Shown here: positions 43,819 through 52,806 of the stretch, in pieces
How the letters are laid out: each line of letters opens with the position of its first letter
Numbering within the stretch: position 1 is the stretch's first letter
Sequence record: NC_027402.1
Length of the DNA stretch: 64,000 bases
Reading direction: 5' to 3' (one strand)
The notes under the pieces: generated by a model
What the model saw: only the letters and a program-made list of their open reading frames with translations
What the model was told of the DNA's origin: nothing
Database searches by the model: none
Program-made: the position numbers and the translations under genes

Positions 43819-44352
43819 ATGGCAGACCGCTATCAGCCCGACCTAACACTCTCGTCGAAAGCGCTTGTCGTGGCGTTAATTAATCACGATAACGGCTTGT
43901 CATTATCGCCTGACGAGATTGTGATAAGCGGAGTAGGGCCAATCGACTTAGGTGTTGAAAGTGCCCGTACCTCGCAAGCGTACATTGCGAAAGCACGTAA
44001 ACCTAACGGCAAGAAGGTTACCGTCTATTACGACCGTCTAGTCGCTAATAAGATTATCGACCCGCAAGGACCGATACTGGTTACTGTAGCTCCCGGCGAC
44101 ACCTATGGTGATTTAGCGACAGTTGTAAACCAGTTATGCGGTTTAAACTTGTCACGTGAAGACATCTCGACAGGGGTTATTACACCAACAAACGAGCCGT
44201 TGATTGCAGCGATGAGTGACGATTCACCGGCTTGGACGGCTACCTTTACATTCACGGCGTTTAATGAAAAAGAAGCTGTGGCAAGTCTGGATGAAGAAAC
44301 TGTTTTATGCATCGGTGATGATGCAGTGTTAACCTACGGAGACGATGCATAA
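43819..44352 (+). CDS. Virion structural protein with tail paralog N-domain (anchor)
   Basis: SD GGAGG; KKVTVYYDRL...VNQLCGLNLSREDI. Confidence 0.75.
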   Translation: MADRYQPDLTLSSKALVVALINHDNGLSLSPDEIVISGVGPIDLGVESARTSQAYIAKARKPNGKKVTVYYDRLVANKIIDPQGPILVTVAPGDTYGDLATVVNQLCGLNLSREDISTGVITPTNEPLIAAMSDDSPAWTATFTFTAFNEKEAVASLDEETVLCIGDDAVLTYGDDA

Positions 44353-44822
44353 TGGCAACTGTAGTCAAAAAGAAACGTTTGCATGAACTCGATTCTTACG
44401 ACGGTGATAAGTCGAGCGCAGTAGCGCTTATTAGCGTTGATGAAAAGGAGTACAAACTTCCTCTCAGTGAAATCGGCGGCGGGGCAGATGCAAACCCTAT
44501 CCAAAACTTATCCGGTGCTGACGGTATCGTTGAAATAGATCCCAATATTGCGGACGACTTCATTATCCGTTTAGGTGACCCCACCACTGCGCTTTCTATC
44601 ACACCTATTACCGACCCGGTTCCGGGTACGCGATATGAGTTATTACTGACGCTACGTCAGGGTACCGGTGCAAACAAAATCACCTGGCCGGCTTCGGTTA
44701 AATGGCCTAACGGTGCAGAACCTCCGTTATCGTACACGCTAGACGCCGAGGATGTGTTGTCTTTGTCATCTACGGATGGCGGTACAACCTGGAAAGGGGC
44801 CATTTGCGGAACAGGATACTAA
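44352..44822 (+). CDS. Tail-fibre-type adaptor protein
   Basis: LTLRQGTGANKITWPASVKWPNGAEP.LS....DVLSLSSTDGGTTW, a beta-sandwich common in phage tail-fibre proteins. Confidence 0.65.
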   Translation: MATVVKKKRLHELDSYDGDKSSAVALISVDEKEYKLPLSEIGGGADANPIQNLSGADGIVEIDPNIADDFIIRLGDPTTALSITPITDPVPGTRYELLLTLRQGTGANKITWPASVKWPNGAEPPLSYTLDAEDVLSLSSTDGGTTWKGAICGTGY

Positions 44823-44825
44823 GCC

Positions 44826-47800
44826 ATGCGCAAATTTAAAATCTCTGCTAAACGACATGCGTTGAACTACGCACTGTCGCTGGCTTACGGACATCAGGAC
44901 TTTGTTCGTCGAAACACCGGCTTAACTAACGACGCCCACAATGACCATTATCTGATTAACCCAGAAGGGGTGCTATCTAATAACCGGCATTTCATTGCTG
45001 ACTCCATGGCTGTGTATCAACCCAACGGTGACGCCACCACAGAAGGCCAATCGTTGCTGATTATTGGCTACTGTCACATGTACATTGCTACCAAAAACCA
45101 GATGTGGTTAGATGCGGCGATTCGTGCATGGGAAGCGTACGCTACCTACTATTACGCAGGTCAGGCCATTCCTGAGTCACCGCAACGTTGGATTTGTAAC
45201 TGGCTAGTTAACGGTAAAGAACCGGTGCTGTCAGACTATCCGGTGCATCCGACCGAGCCAACCCACGGTGGTTACAAGTGTGTACCGGTAACGTTTACGA
45301 ACGGGCGTTGTCAGATACCCCAAGGCGCACCGTTCTTTGGTGAATATCTGAACAATTTCTTTTCTGCACATCGTGGCCATCCTACCTGGGGAGCGGTTAA
45401 TGCTGACGTACAGAAAATTAAGGAATCGGAAGACGGGTTAATTGACTGGTCTAAAGTCCCTGATTACTTAATCACCAATCCAGAGAAACCTTACGATGTA
45501 AAAGCGTGGGTGGACTGGAACAGGATGTTAAACGACCCAACCGGATATACCCCAATATGGGGTGGTTCTACCTCGAAAGGTCCGCGGTACGAACCTGACT
45601 GGTTTGTTGTGTGGACGGGTGAGAAGGTTCAAGACGGAGAAGTCATCGAATCCGGTTTACCTGATGCCCAGAAAGGAACCGTACAATTAAAGGACACCAG
45701 TATTAACGGTGTATATTTGATTAACTACGCTTCCCAGGTACCTGTAGAGCACGGCGGATATTTGTTTGACCGCAATGAGCCGTGGCACAACCGTCCAGTT
45801 CATACCCCGTTAAAAGGGTCTGTTAACCAGATGGGTAACGCGGCAGATGCGGAAGTGTGGTTTATTGATGCCTGTTATCTGCTCTGGCGTATCACAGGTG
45901 AACCGCGCTATAAAGCCGCACTAGACTCGGTGTTCTATACAGCACACGAATACACGTATATCGATGCGAAGGACAAGTTTTTCCGTCGCTCTAAGTTAGC
46001 CGAAACACCATTTACAGATGGTATCTCGTACGACTATAAATACCCCAGCACCGTTGAGGTCGCTTACAGTCGTGATGAAAATGGTGACATTGTGCTCCGT
46101 TCTGAGGAAGCTGTGCAGAACTTTATGGAACAGCAAGCCGTGCGTTTCAGGATAAACAGTCAATCGAAGTTGCGTGTGACGTATGGTGGTGTTTGCGACA
46201 ACGGTGATGCGCTTGCGTGTAAAGTGATGGTGGATATTAACCCCGTTAAAGCGGATACTGAAGAAGTAAACTGGTACGGCTGTACGCTTCCAGGATCAAC
46301 ATCGATGGAAGTAAAACAGCATGACATCGGTTTAGGGCATCTGGCCAGAATGACTAATCCGGCCAACGGCGAAGATTACATCATTGCCGATGCGCGAGCA
46401 TGTTCAGATTACGGTGGGTGTACGTGGCAGGAGAAGTTTGAGAGCAACATCTACGATGGTCGTTCAGGCACAATCGTAGAAGCGTTATTCCCGAACGACG
46501 ATGCGGGCTTCATTATCGGTTTCTGGTTAACCGATGCTGGAGTTGCGCCCCCACAGTCAATTGTCTATCGTGCTGATGCCGATTTCAACTTCCGTTTCGA
46601 AGATACCAACAAGTGGCGTTGGTGGTGGATGTTGCCCGCGACTAACGGGGAATGGAAACAGGTTATTATTCGCCCTGAAGACGCAACACTCTCGGGCTAT
46701 CAACCTGACCACGATACCGATGTCGAAACAAAACCGTCTGCGCCAAACTACACAACTATCGATCAGGTAACCATACTGCCCGATTCGGCTGTGGAGAATG
46801 CGCACTTTAGCTGGTATTGCGTAAACGATGTTCCGCCACTGTTTAATGCAGATGATGGCTGGACATTAACGTTTCGCATCGCAATTCGGGGAGGTTCTGC
46901 ATTTACGGGTAAAGTGGGCGATTGTACGATAAAAGATTACCGTCTTGACTCGCTCGCGTATTGTCCAGGAACGATACCGTTCTCGAACATTTATTCGGAA
47001 GGAACGTATCAGCTAGGTGCATGGCACGGGATGCCGTATCCTGGCTATCAGTATCCGTTTATGTACACCATACACACCGATGATCGCTACAAAGTCTGGC
47101 TCTTAAATCAGATTCGGTTTATGCACGATTCACAAACCAACTACCAGGCGCAGTTAGGTGAGTTGGGTCCAGGTTGTGCGGCGTATATTTGGAACCGTTG
47201 GGATAACTACACTTACGGACCGGCAGATACGTGGACAACGTTCCATTGGGGAGATGGACATCCGTGGGCAGGTTATCAGCCGCGCGCGTATAACGCCGCT
47301 GCGCGTTGTTGGTACGAATTAGCTGTGCGTGGTAAAGAGGTTCCACCAGAGCTAGTAGAGTACGTTGAAAATTGGGCTAAGTGGCTCGTAGGGTTCTTAG
47401 ACCGCTTTGACAACCACACGCCGAATGAATTCCCTACGGCACCAAATAAACCGGTATGGGTAGAGAATGATTTCACAGCACATATGTGTGCGCTCTGGAT
47501 AGCAGGCAGCGCTTATGCGGCAATGGCTGGCTGTACAGTGGAAGGGTTGAGCCGTATTATGGATATGGGGATGAAGGAGATGGGTGACAACTTCACCGTC
47601 ACCGACATTCCAGGAAAAGCCATTAACGGTGCCTGGTCTCCGTGGGCAAATCCTACCACGGATAACGGTCAGGCTTTTGGGTTTTATACTGGAGAAGCGA
47701 TGCGTGCAATCGGGTTGTATCTCCTCTATAAAGAACACGGCCCAGGACATGATATTTATCGTGACTTGGCAATCCCCGACCACACAACAGCTTCACTCGA

Positions 47801-47843
47801 TATAACGTTTACTATCCCAGACGATCCGCTCGAAACTAATTAA
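44826..47843 (+). CDS. Large virion-associated glycoside hydrolase, GH8-like (alpha/alpha)6 barrel with inserted beta-domains
   Basis: DATTEGQSLL (E73) and NAADAEVWFIDACYLLW (D341) match GH8 (S/T)EGQ and ATDGD motifs; Trp/Tyr-rich CBM-like insert. Confidence 0.65.
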   Translation: MRKFKISAKRHALNYALSLAYGHQDFVRRNTGLTNDAHNDHYLINPEGVLSNNRHFIADSMAVYQPNGDATTEGQSLLIIGYCHMYIATKNQMWLDAAIRAWEAYATYYYAGQAIPESPQRWICNWLVNGKEPVLSDYPVHPTEPTHGGYKCVPVTFTNGRCQIPQGAPFFGEYLNNFFSAHRGHPTWGAVNADVQKIKESEDGLIDWSKVPDYLITNPEKPYDVKAWVDWNRMLNDPTGYTPIWGGSTSKGPRYEPDWFVVWTGEKVQDGEVIESGLPDAQKGTVQLKDTSINGVYLINYASQVPVEHGGYLFDRNEPWHNRPVHTPLKGSVNQMGNAADAEVWFIDACYLLWRITGEPRYKAALDSVFYTAHEYTYIDAKDKFFRRSKLAETPFTDGISYDYKYPSTVEVAYSRDENGDIVLRSEEAVQNFMEQQAVRFRINSQSKLRVTYGGVCDNGDALACKVMVDINPVKADTEEVNWYGCTLPGSTSMEVKQHDIGLGHLARMTNPANGEDYIIADARACSDYGGCTWQEKFESNIYDGRSGTIVEALFPNDDAGFIIGFWLTDAGVAPPQSIVYRADADFNFRFEDTNKWRWWWMLPATNGEWKQVIIRPEDATLSGYQPDHDTDVETKPSAPNYTTIDQVTILPDSAVENAHFSWYCVNDVPPLFNADDGWTLTFRIAIRGGSAFTGKVGDCTIKDYRLDSLAYCPGTIPFSNIYSEGTYQLGAWHGMPYPGYQYPFMYTIHTDDRYKVWLLNQIRFMHDSQTNYQAQLGELGPGCAAYIWNRWDNYTYGPADTWTTFHWGDGHPWAGYQPRAYNAAARCWYELAVRGKEVPPELVEYVENWAKWLVGFLDRFDNHTPNEFPTAPNKPVWVENDFTAHMCALWIAGSAYAAMAGCTVEGLSRIMDMGMKEMGDNFTVTDIPGKAINGAWSPWANPTTDNGQAFGFYTGEAMRAIGLYLLYKEHGPGHDIYRDLAIPDHTTASLDITFTIPDDPLETN

Positions 47844-47849
47844 GTGTAT

Positions 47850-47891
47850 ACCAGCTATCCTTCGGGGTGGCTGGTACGCTTTATTTTATTT
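47850..47891 (+). terminator. Intrinsic terminator (UUCG loop)
   Basis: ACCAGCTATCC-ttcg-GGGTGGCTGGT then T-rich. Confidence 0.8.
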
Positions 47892-47913
47892 CAGATAGAT
47901 GTTATCTCAGTGA
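47889..47913 (+). promoter_or_regulatory. Early-type promoter P7
   Basis: TTTCAGATA-GATGTTAT-CTCAGTGA. Confidence 0.7.
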
Positions 47914-47970
47914 ACCTCTGAAATTTACGTTTCAATCAGAGCTTATGTCATGTATTAAGGAGCAATTAAA

Positions 47971-48303
47971 ATGTCCAAAGTCTATCACATAGCGGTATTG
48001 CGTCAGGCAACTGACCTTGAAGGTGACGGTGAACTTCGAATGCAGGAAGCCATTCTGAGCACTGTTAAAGAACTTAACCAAGCAAACAATTTCGATGCAC
48101 GCTTCGAGGCGCTGCCTGTAAGCCGTAATGCTTTCTACGGCAGTCAAATCCTGGCAACCCAGTTTGCGATGGCTTTAAGTGACTTGCGTAATAACCCTAG
48201 TCCTGAAACCGCGGCGAAGATGAACAAACTGTCGTTATGGATGAATAACCTGGATGCTCCCGCAACATCCATTGTAAACGGTTTGGGGGTGGTTAATGGG
48301 TAG
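47971..48303 (+). CDS. Hypothetical early protein (110 aa)
   Basis: SD TAAGGAG. Confidence 0.8.
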   Translation: MSKVYHIAVLRQATDLEGDGELRMQEAILSTVKELNQANNFDARFEALPVSRNAFYGSQILATQFAMALSDLRNNPSPETAAKMNKLSLWMNNLDAPATSIVNGLGVVNG

Positions 48304-48631
48304 AGTAATCCGTGTTGCCAGACCAATGCGTCTCAATAGGACGCCAATGTTAAATCGTGATATCAGTGAAGCTGTAAAACAGTTGTCGAATATCGACGGT
48401 TACACCTTTAAAGTGATAACACTGTACGACTACCCAGAAGGCAAAGTTCCGCAAGAGGCGCTGGATAAATTCGTTAATGTGTTAGACGATTGCCTTAAGA
48501 GCCCAACGGACGTAAATCTTATCAAACTTAACACCATGTCCCTTGAACTGTACAGCCTGCGTAAAATGGGCATTCATGCTCGCATCGGTAAAGGTGACCA
48601 AACGTTGGCCGAATACTGGGCTAAACAATAA
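48296..48631 (+). CDS. Hypothetical early protein (111 aa)
   Basis: 8-nt overlap with previous gene. Confidence 0.75.
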   Translation: MGRVIRVARPMRLNRTPMLNRDISEAVKQLSNIDGYTFKVITLYDYPEGKVPQEALDKFVNVLDDCLKSPTDVNLIKLNTMSLELYSLRKMGIHARIGKGDQTLAEYWAKQ

Positions 48632-48658
48632 GCTATTTTAAATCCTAAGGAGCATTAA

Positions 48659-49177
48659 GTGAATATTACCATGAACCTGTACACCAAACGGGAACGTAAC
48701 GTTTTAGAATCTGGCGTTGCACCGGAAGTATTGGCTGCGGGGGATATTAGTATCGACCCATTGAAAGTGAAAGTCGCGGAACTGTTCCCTCGTGATGAAT
48801 GGGACATCTGGTATTTCCGTTGTTCGTCGGTATTGAATGCAATCAAACAACTGTCTGATTATCAACCTGGTCCGTATATCGGTACCTGGCACTGGTACGT
48901 CCCTCGCACCCCGAACTTCCTCTACTTACACGATGACGATAAACGTACTCATATTCGCACTGTAGCGACGCCTGAGCGTTTGGAGCGTTATCTGGGGTTA
49001 ATCCACGACCGTCCTCGTAACGAGCTGCAAAGCATCGTAGAAGTGCTCAGACAGGTACCTTTAGATGGTATCTTGGAACTGGACATGAAAATTGCTGATC
49101 GGCCTCGCCACTACTGGGAATTTTCCTGGGTAGATGCGAAATACGAAAACCATAACGTTATCTATCTGAAGCGTTAA
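48659..49177 (+). CDS. Hypothetical protein (172 aa)
   Basis: SD TAAGGAG, GTG start. Confidence 0.75.
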   Translation: MNITMNLYTKRERNVLESGVAPEVLAAGDISIDPLKVKVAELFPRDEWDIWYFRCSSVLNAIKQLSDYQPGPYIGTWHWYVPRTPNFLYLHDDDKRTHIRTVATPERLERYLGLIHDRPRNELQSIVEVLRQVPLDGILELDMKIADRPRHYWEFSWVDAKYENHNVIYLKR

Positions 49178-49187
49178 GGGGGACAGG

Positions 49188-49508
49188 ATGTTGAACTGGT
49201 TACTTGCGCTGATTAACAAGCGACAAAAACAACTGTACGAAGAAAACCGAGAATTGGCTGCCGCTAACCGTCGTGTACAGGCCGATAACTTGCAGTTAAG
49301 ACACGACCTCGCGAAACTGGGTGTTAACGCGAGTAGGCTTTGCACGCACATTAGCCGGTGCCACGATATCATCGAACGTATTGGACACTACCATCTTACG
49401 TCTCCTGCGCGTCGCGTCTATGACGCGGCCGTCCAGGGATTGAAAGATACCAGGAATGCGTACGACGAGATGTTAGAAGAGTTTAGCAAACGTGAGGATA
49501 AATACTAA
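49188..49508 (+). CDS. Hypothetical coiled-coil protein (106 aa)
   Basis: Heptad-like QLYEENRELAAANRRVQADNLQLRHDL. Confidence 0.75.
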   Translation: MLNWLLALINKRQKQLYEENRELAAANRRVQADNLQLRHDLAKLGVNASRLCTHISRCHDIIERIGHYHLTSPARRVYDAAVQGLKDTRNAYDEMLEEFSKREDKY

Positions 49509-49891
49509 TGGAAATGCCAACGAACACCGACTTAGCACTGGCAATCGAACACATGAAAAACCATCAGCTGACGTTACTGAATGCAAGCACAGAAGGGCAA
49601 CGTCAAGGGTATGCGCTCGTTGCAAAAGCAGCGTTAGAACTTAACAAGATTCTACTCGCTAAACTTTACGGGCTGGAAAACAGCGTGCTCCATGCGTCGC
49701 ACCTGGGCGAAGCCAGCGAGTTAGTTACGAATGTGCGGCTGTATGCAAGTCGTGAAATGGAACGTTTAACCAACGAATGGAATGTCCAGTGTAACGGCGA
49801 GCGTGCTGATAAAGATCCGCGTAAAGTCGCACTGACGCCGGGCGTGTACATCAAAGACGGCACCATTGACGAATACAGCGGATTTAACTGA
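49508..49891 (+). CDS. Hypothetical protein (127 aa)
   Basis: TAATG coupling; SD GAGGA. Confidence 0.75.
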   Translation: MEMPTNTDLALAIEHMKNHQLTLLNASTEGQRQGYALVAKAALELNKILLAKLYGLENSVLHASHLGEASELVTNVRLYASREMERLTNEWNVQCNGERADKDPRKVALTPGVYIKDGTIDEYSGFN

Positions 49892-49914
49892 TCGGCGGAT
49901 AAGGGTGATTGTGA

Positions 49915-50340
49915 ATGGTAACCATAGACGTAGCTATCTCTATCGAGCTTCAACGCATCGGTGTAGGTACACTAAAACTTCGTTATCGTGATTTACCGCA
50001 TTACAACAAGATGTTTGATGTTGGGGTGATAAAGTTTTATAACCGGTACGGGCCAAGAGAACTATGTCTATGGTTTGTCGAGTTAGCGATAACTTATGGC
50101 GAGTTTTATCATCCTAATGTACCGCATGTCGAACATGTGTCAAGAGGGCACCTGGAAACTTCCAGAGAGTTCTATCAGCGATTGTATGGCGCGATGGAGG
50201 AGTCCGCACCCATCGACTACGACGTACCACCTGAACTGTTATTAATCGACCATGAAGGAGAAGCCGGTGTCTATTTCATTACAGGGACTGACTATTCACG
50301 AGATTCAGAAATATTTACTCGAGGGCGGGAAACTGACTGA
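49915..50340 (+). CDS. Hypothetical protein (141 aa)
   Basis: ORF in operon. Confidence 0.7.
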   Translation: MVTIDVAISIELQRIGVGTLKLRYRDLPHYNKMFDVGVIKFYNRYGPRELCLWFVELAITYGEFYHPNVPHVEHVSRGHLETSREFYQRLYGAMEESAPIDYDVPPELLLIDHEGEAGVYFITGTDYSRDSEIFTRGRETD

Positions 50341-50572
50341 CGACTATCAAACCGCAGATATGTTGCTACAGTCATTTGTACCGTTACGTGCTGAGTATTA
50401 CGAAATCGCGTTCCTGGGCGATGAATATTGTGTCCGCACGCAAGGGCGCGAATACGAAGCAGTTCGCGTACCGCGCACACTCGGCGGGGTGATGATACTT
50501 ATCGCTAATATCGAAGCACTCAATGCGAAATGTGCGTTATACATCGCACAGGGAGGTCGCAATGGATTTTAA
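50267..50572 (+). CDS. Hypothetical protein (101 aa)
   Basis: SD AAGGAG 6 nt before GTG 50267. Confidence 0.65.
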   Translation: MSISLQGLTIHEIQKYLLEGGKLTDDYQTADMLLQSFVPLRAEYYEIAFLGDEYCVRTQGREYEAVRVPRTLGGVMILIANIEALNAKCALYIAQGGRNGF

Positions 50573-50720
50573 GTGGGAACCATTATCGTTAGCAGAAGTT
50601 CGTAACAGAATCGATAGAGCTATTGCAAGGAGAAAACATGTTCGGCCTGTTTCAGGAGAAAAAACAATTGCGTCGCCAATTAGAAATACTGGAATTGGAA
50701 CTCAGCCTCTCAAAGACTGA
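50562..50720 (+). CDS. Small basic hypothetical protein (52 aa)
   Basis: SD GGAGGT before ATG 50562. Confidence 0.5.
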   Translation: MDFKWEPLSLAEVRNRIDRAIARRKHVRPVSGEKTIASPIRNTGIGTQPLKD

Positions 50721-51039
50721 GTTGGAAATTTCGAAAGAAGCGTGGAAGAGAAATCTCGATGAATCTTTCGAAGAACGCCGTAAGCTTACACGATTACTTT
50801 CTGAGGAACAGTCTAAGAACCGGAAACTCGAAGACGAGCTACGAGATGCCCGACGAGATGCGGATCTGCGTGATAAGATGTTGGGATGGAACCTGGGTGC
50901 CCTAATCTATTTCATAGAGCAGCGTTGGGAACCAAAGACACTCCTTGAGTTACTCTATGAAAAACTCTCCTGCGTAGGTAGACGTTCTGCGGCCATCGAG
51001 TATTTTCGTAGTCACGGTTTCGAGGTAAAAGATGAGTAA
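50638..51039 (+). CDS. Hypothetical coiled-coil protein (133 aa)
   Basis: SD AAGGAG before ATG 50638. Confidence 0.75.
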   Translation: MFGLFQEKKQLRRQLEILELELSLSKTELEISKEAWKRNLDESFEERRKLTRLLSEEQSKNRKLEDELRDARRDADLRDKMLGWNLGALIYFIEQRWEPKTLLELLYEKLSCVGRRSAAIEYFRSHGFEVKDE

Positions 51040-51082
51040 AAATAACAGTTTGTTTTCCCTTTAACCATGGAAACCACAAGCA

Positions 51083-51415
51083 ATGAAAACGAAACGAACG
51101 TCAGTCGTGTTCCAGCAGGGACGTGCGCGACTCTATAAAGGTAAGAAACTCATTGGTACATTCGAGTATCAAGAGAACCAGCTAATCGTCGATGTTATCA
51201 TTCTCGGTTTAGCAGCGAAGTGGTCACCTTTAAAAAGGACATTAGCCAAACGTGCGATGGAGAAGCTCCGCCGCGACCAGATAAAAGCATTTAACAAACC
51301 TTTTCCACTTGAGGCGTACCGAGTACAGCCTCGTTGCGCACACATCACGACGTCACCCATGATTGCTAAGCTCGATGTGACCGATCTGAGAGAAATGTTA
51401 ACTGTACGGCCGTAG
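51083..51415 (+). CDS. Hypothetical basic protein (110 aa)
   Basis: ORF in operon. Confidence 0.65.
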   Translation: MKTKRTSVVFQQGRARLYKGKKLIGTFEYQENQLIVDVIILGLAAKWSPLKRTLAKRAMEKLRRDQIKAFNKPFPLEAYRVQPRCAHITTSPMIAKLDVTDLREMLTVRP

Positions 51416-51442
51416 TGTCATAGCCCCTTAAGGAGTATTTAA

Positions 51443-51883
51443 ATGTTAAAGCCACGCAAACAGAAAAGATTACAGTTTGTCAAAATAGTACATCCGGAGT
51501 CCCGTCGTGTTACAGGTGGACGTCTCTACGTGGGTAAACACCGTAGTCGTCTTATCAGCTGGTCGGCAATGGCCAACGTAGCCACCCAACTCCAGGCAAT
51601 GGTTGAAGACCGTTGTCAGTTAAAAGGGGACTTCTTTCAAGAGAAGAAACCCTACCGTGATATCTTCCGTACACTGAAAGCGTGCTGGGTACTCAGTTGG
51701 GTGCCTGGCCGCGAACAACTTTATTTTCTGCGTAAGTTCCCACGCCCTATGCCGAAAGAAAACATTAGCGTTTTCTTAGACAAACTAAAACGTTTTAATG
51801 GCATCGGCATTAACGCTAATAAAGAGCAAGTTTCTGCTACAGTAGCAGCCCGGAAACTCTTACGCGATTACGTGGCCGATTGA
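51443..51883 (+). CDS. Hypothetical basic protein (146 aa)
   Basis: SD TAAGGAG. Confidence 0.75.
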   Translation: MLKPRKQKRLQFVKIVHPESRRVTGGRLYVGKHRSRLISWSAMANVATQLQAMVEDRCQLKGDFFQEKKPYRDIFRTLKACWVLSWVPGREQLYFLRKFPRPMPKENISVFLDKLKRFNGIGINANKEQVSATVAARKLLRDYVAD

Positions 51884-51923
51884 CTTGAGAGGCACTTATC
51901 CCAAAAGCGGTCAATAAAGCAGC

Positions 51924-51960
51924 ACCCTACTCCTTCGGGAGTAGGGTTTCTTCTTTTTTT
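51924..51960 (+). terminator. Intrinsic terminator (UUCG loop)
   Basis: ACCCTACTCC-ttcg-GGAGTAGGGT then T run. Confidence 0.85.
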
Positions 51961-51981
51961 GCCTAGTCTGATTACAATTAT

Positions 51982-52006
51982 TTTCAGATATATATTACTT
52001 AGGTGA
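51982..52006 (+). promoter_or_regulatory. Phage early promoter P8
   Basis: TTTCAGATA-TATATTAC-TTAGGTGA. Confidence 0.8.
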
Positions 52007-52058
52007 GAGTTAACCATTAACTCTTATCTAATCGACCATTATCTTAAGGAGTTTTAAC

Positions 52059-52505
52059 ATGTACATTCTGAATAACGAACTTACTAAGTACGCTAGCAAA
52101 AACCCGATTATGATTTCTTTCCTAATCGTGATGGCGGCCAACAAACAAGACCCTAGCGAATTCACTACTGAGGACTTCGAAGAGATTATCGCTAACGCCA
52201 AAGAAGCCACGTTCCAGACCACAGAACCTACTCGCGACGAGTTCCCTCTAGGTGAAGCCGGCGATGTAATGTTCAACGACATGATTGCTTCGTACTACAT
52301 CAATAGACGTGGTATGGAAATCGAATACGTCGAACTTCCTACTAGCAGCTTTGCTGAAATGATTCGTGATTATCGTCGTCAAGTTGTCTCTGACGATGTC
52401 GTAAAGAAATACATGGCACAAATCAGCCCATTCAGTCTTGAATTCGAAAACCGCGCGGTTGCCTTAGCAACACATCGCCTGCGTTTAGAAAGAGAAGTAC
52501 ACTAA
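52059..52505 (+). CDS. Acidic early protein (148 aa)
   Basis: SD TAAGGAG after conserved leader. Confidence 0.8.
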   Translation: MYILNNELTKYASKNPIMISFLIVMAANKQDPSEFTTEDFEEIIANAKEATFQTTEPTRDEFPLGEAGDVMFNDMIASYYINRRGMEIEYVELPTSSFAEMIRDYRRQVVSDDVVKKYMAQISPFSLEFENRAVALATHRLRLEREVH

Positions 52506-52566
52506 TAATAACCCGGCGGGCAAAGTCCCGCCAATTCACCTACAATCTACAAAAAAGGAATATCCC

Positions 52567-52785
52567 ATGCGCAACCTCTTCTCCAAATCTGAAATCAAAC
52601 CTGTTGTTGAAACCACCGCCAAACGTAAGCCTGACATGATTGACTTGCTGCTGAAAATGTCTGCAGCAGAAGCCAAAGCTTTCATGAAAACAATGAAAGA
52701 CGGCGAGAAAACGATTGATAATGTTGAAGTAACCTACGGTGTTAAAGACCGCCCAAAGAATAACGGCCTTGTCTGGGTCTGTTAA
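52567..52785 (+). CDS. Small early protein (72 aa)
   Basis: SD AAGGA. Confidence 0.75.
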   Translation: MRNLFSKSEIKPVVETTAKRKPDMIDLLLKMSAAEAKAFMKTMKDGEKTIDNVEVTYGVKDRPKNNGLVWVC

Positions 52786-52806
52786 TCGACGATTGAGGAT
52801 AGAGTC

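Noticed and set aside
50327-50333. GGGAAAC slippery heptamer in an overlap
   Set aside because: It is not in the X XXY YYZ register of the upstream ORF, so a -1 shift would not join the two genes. The downstream gene has its own SD and GTG.
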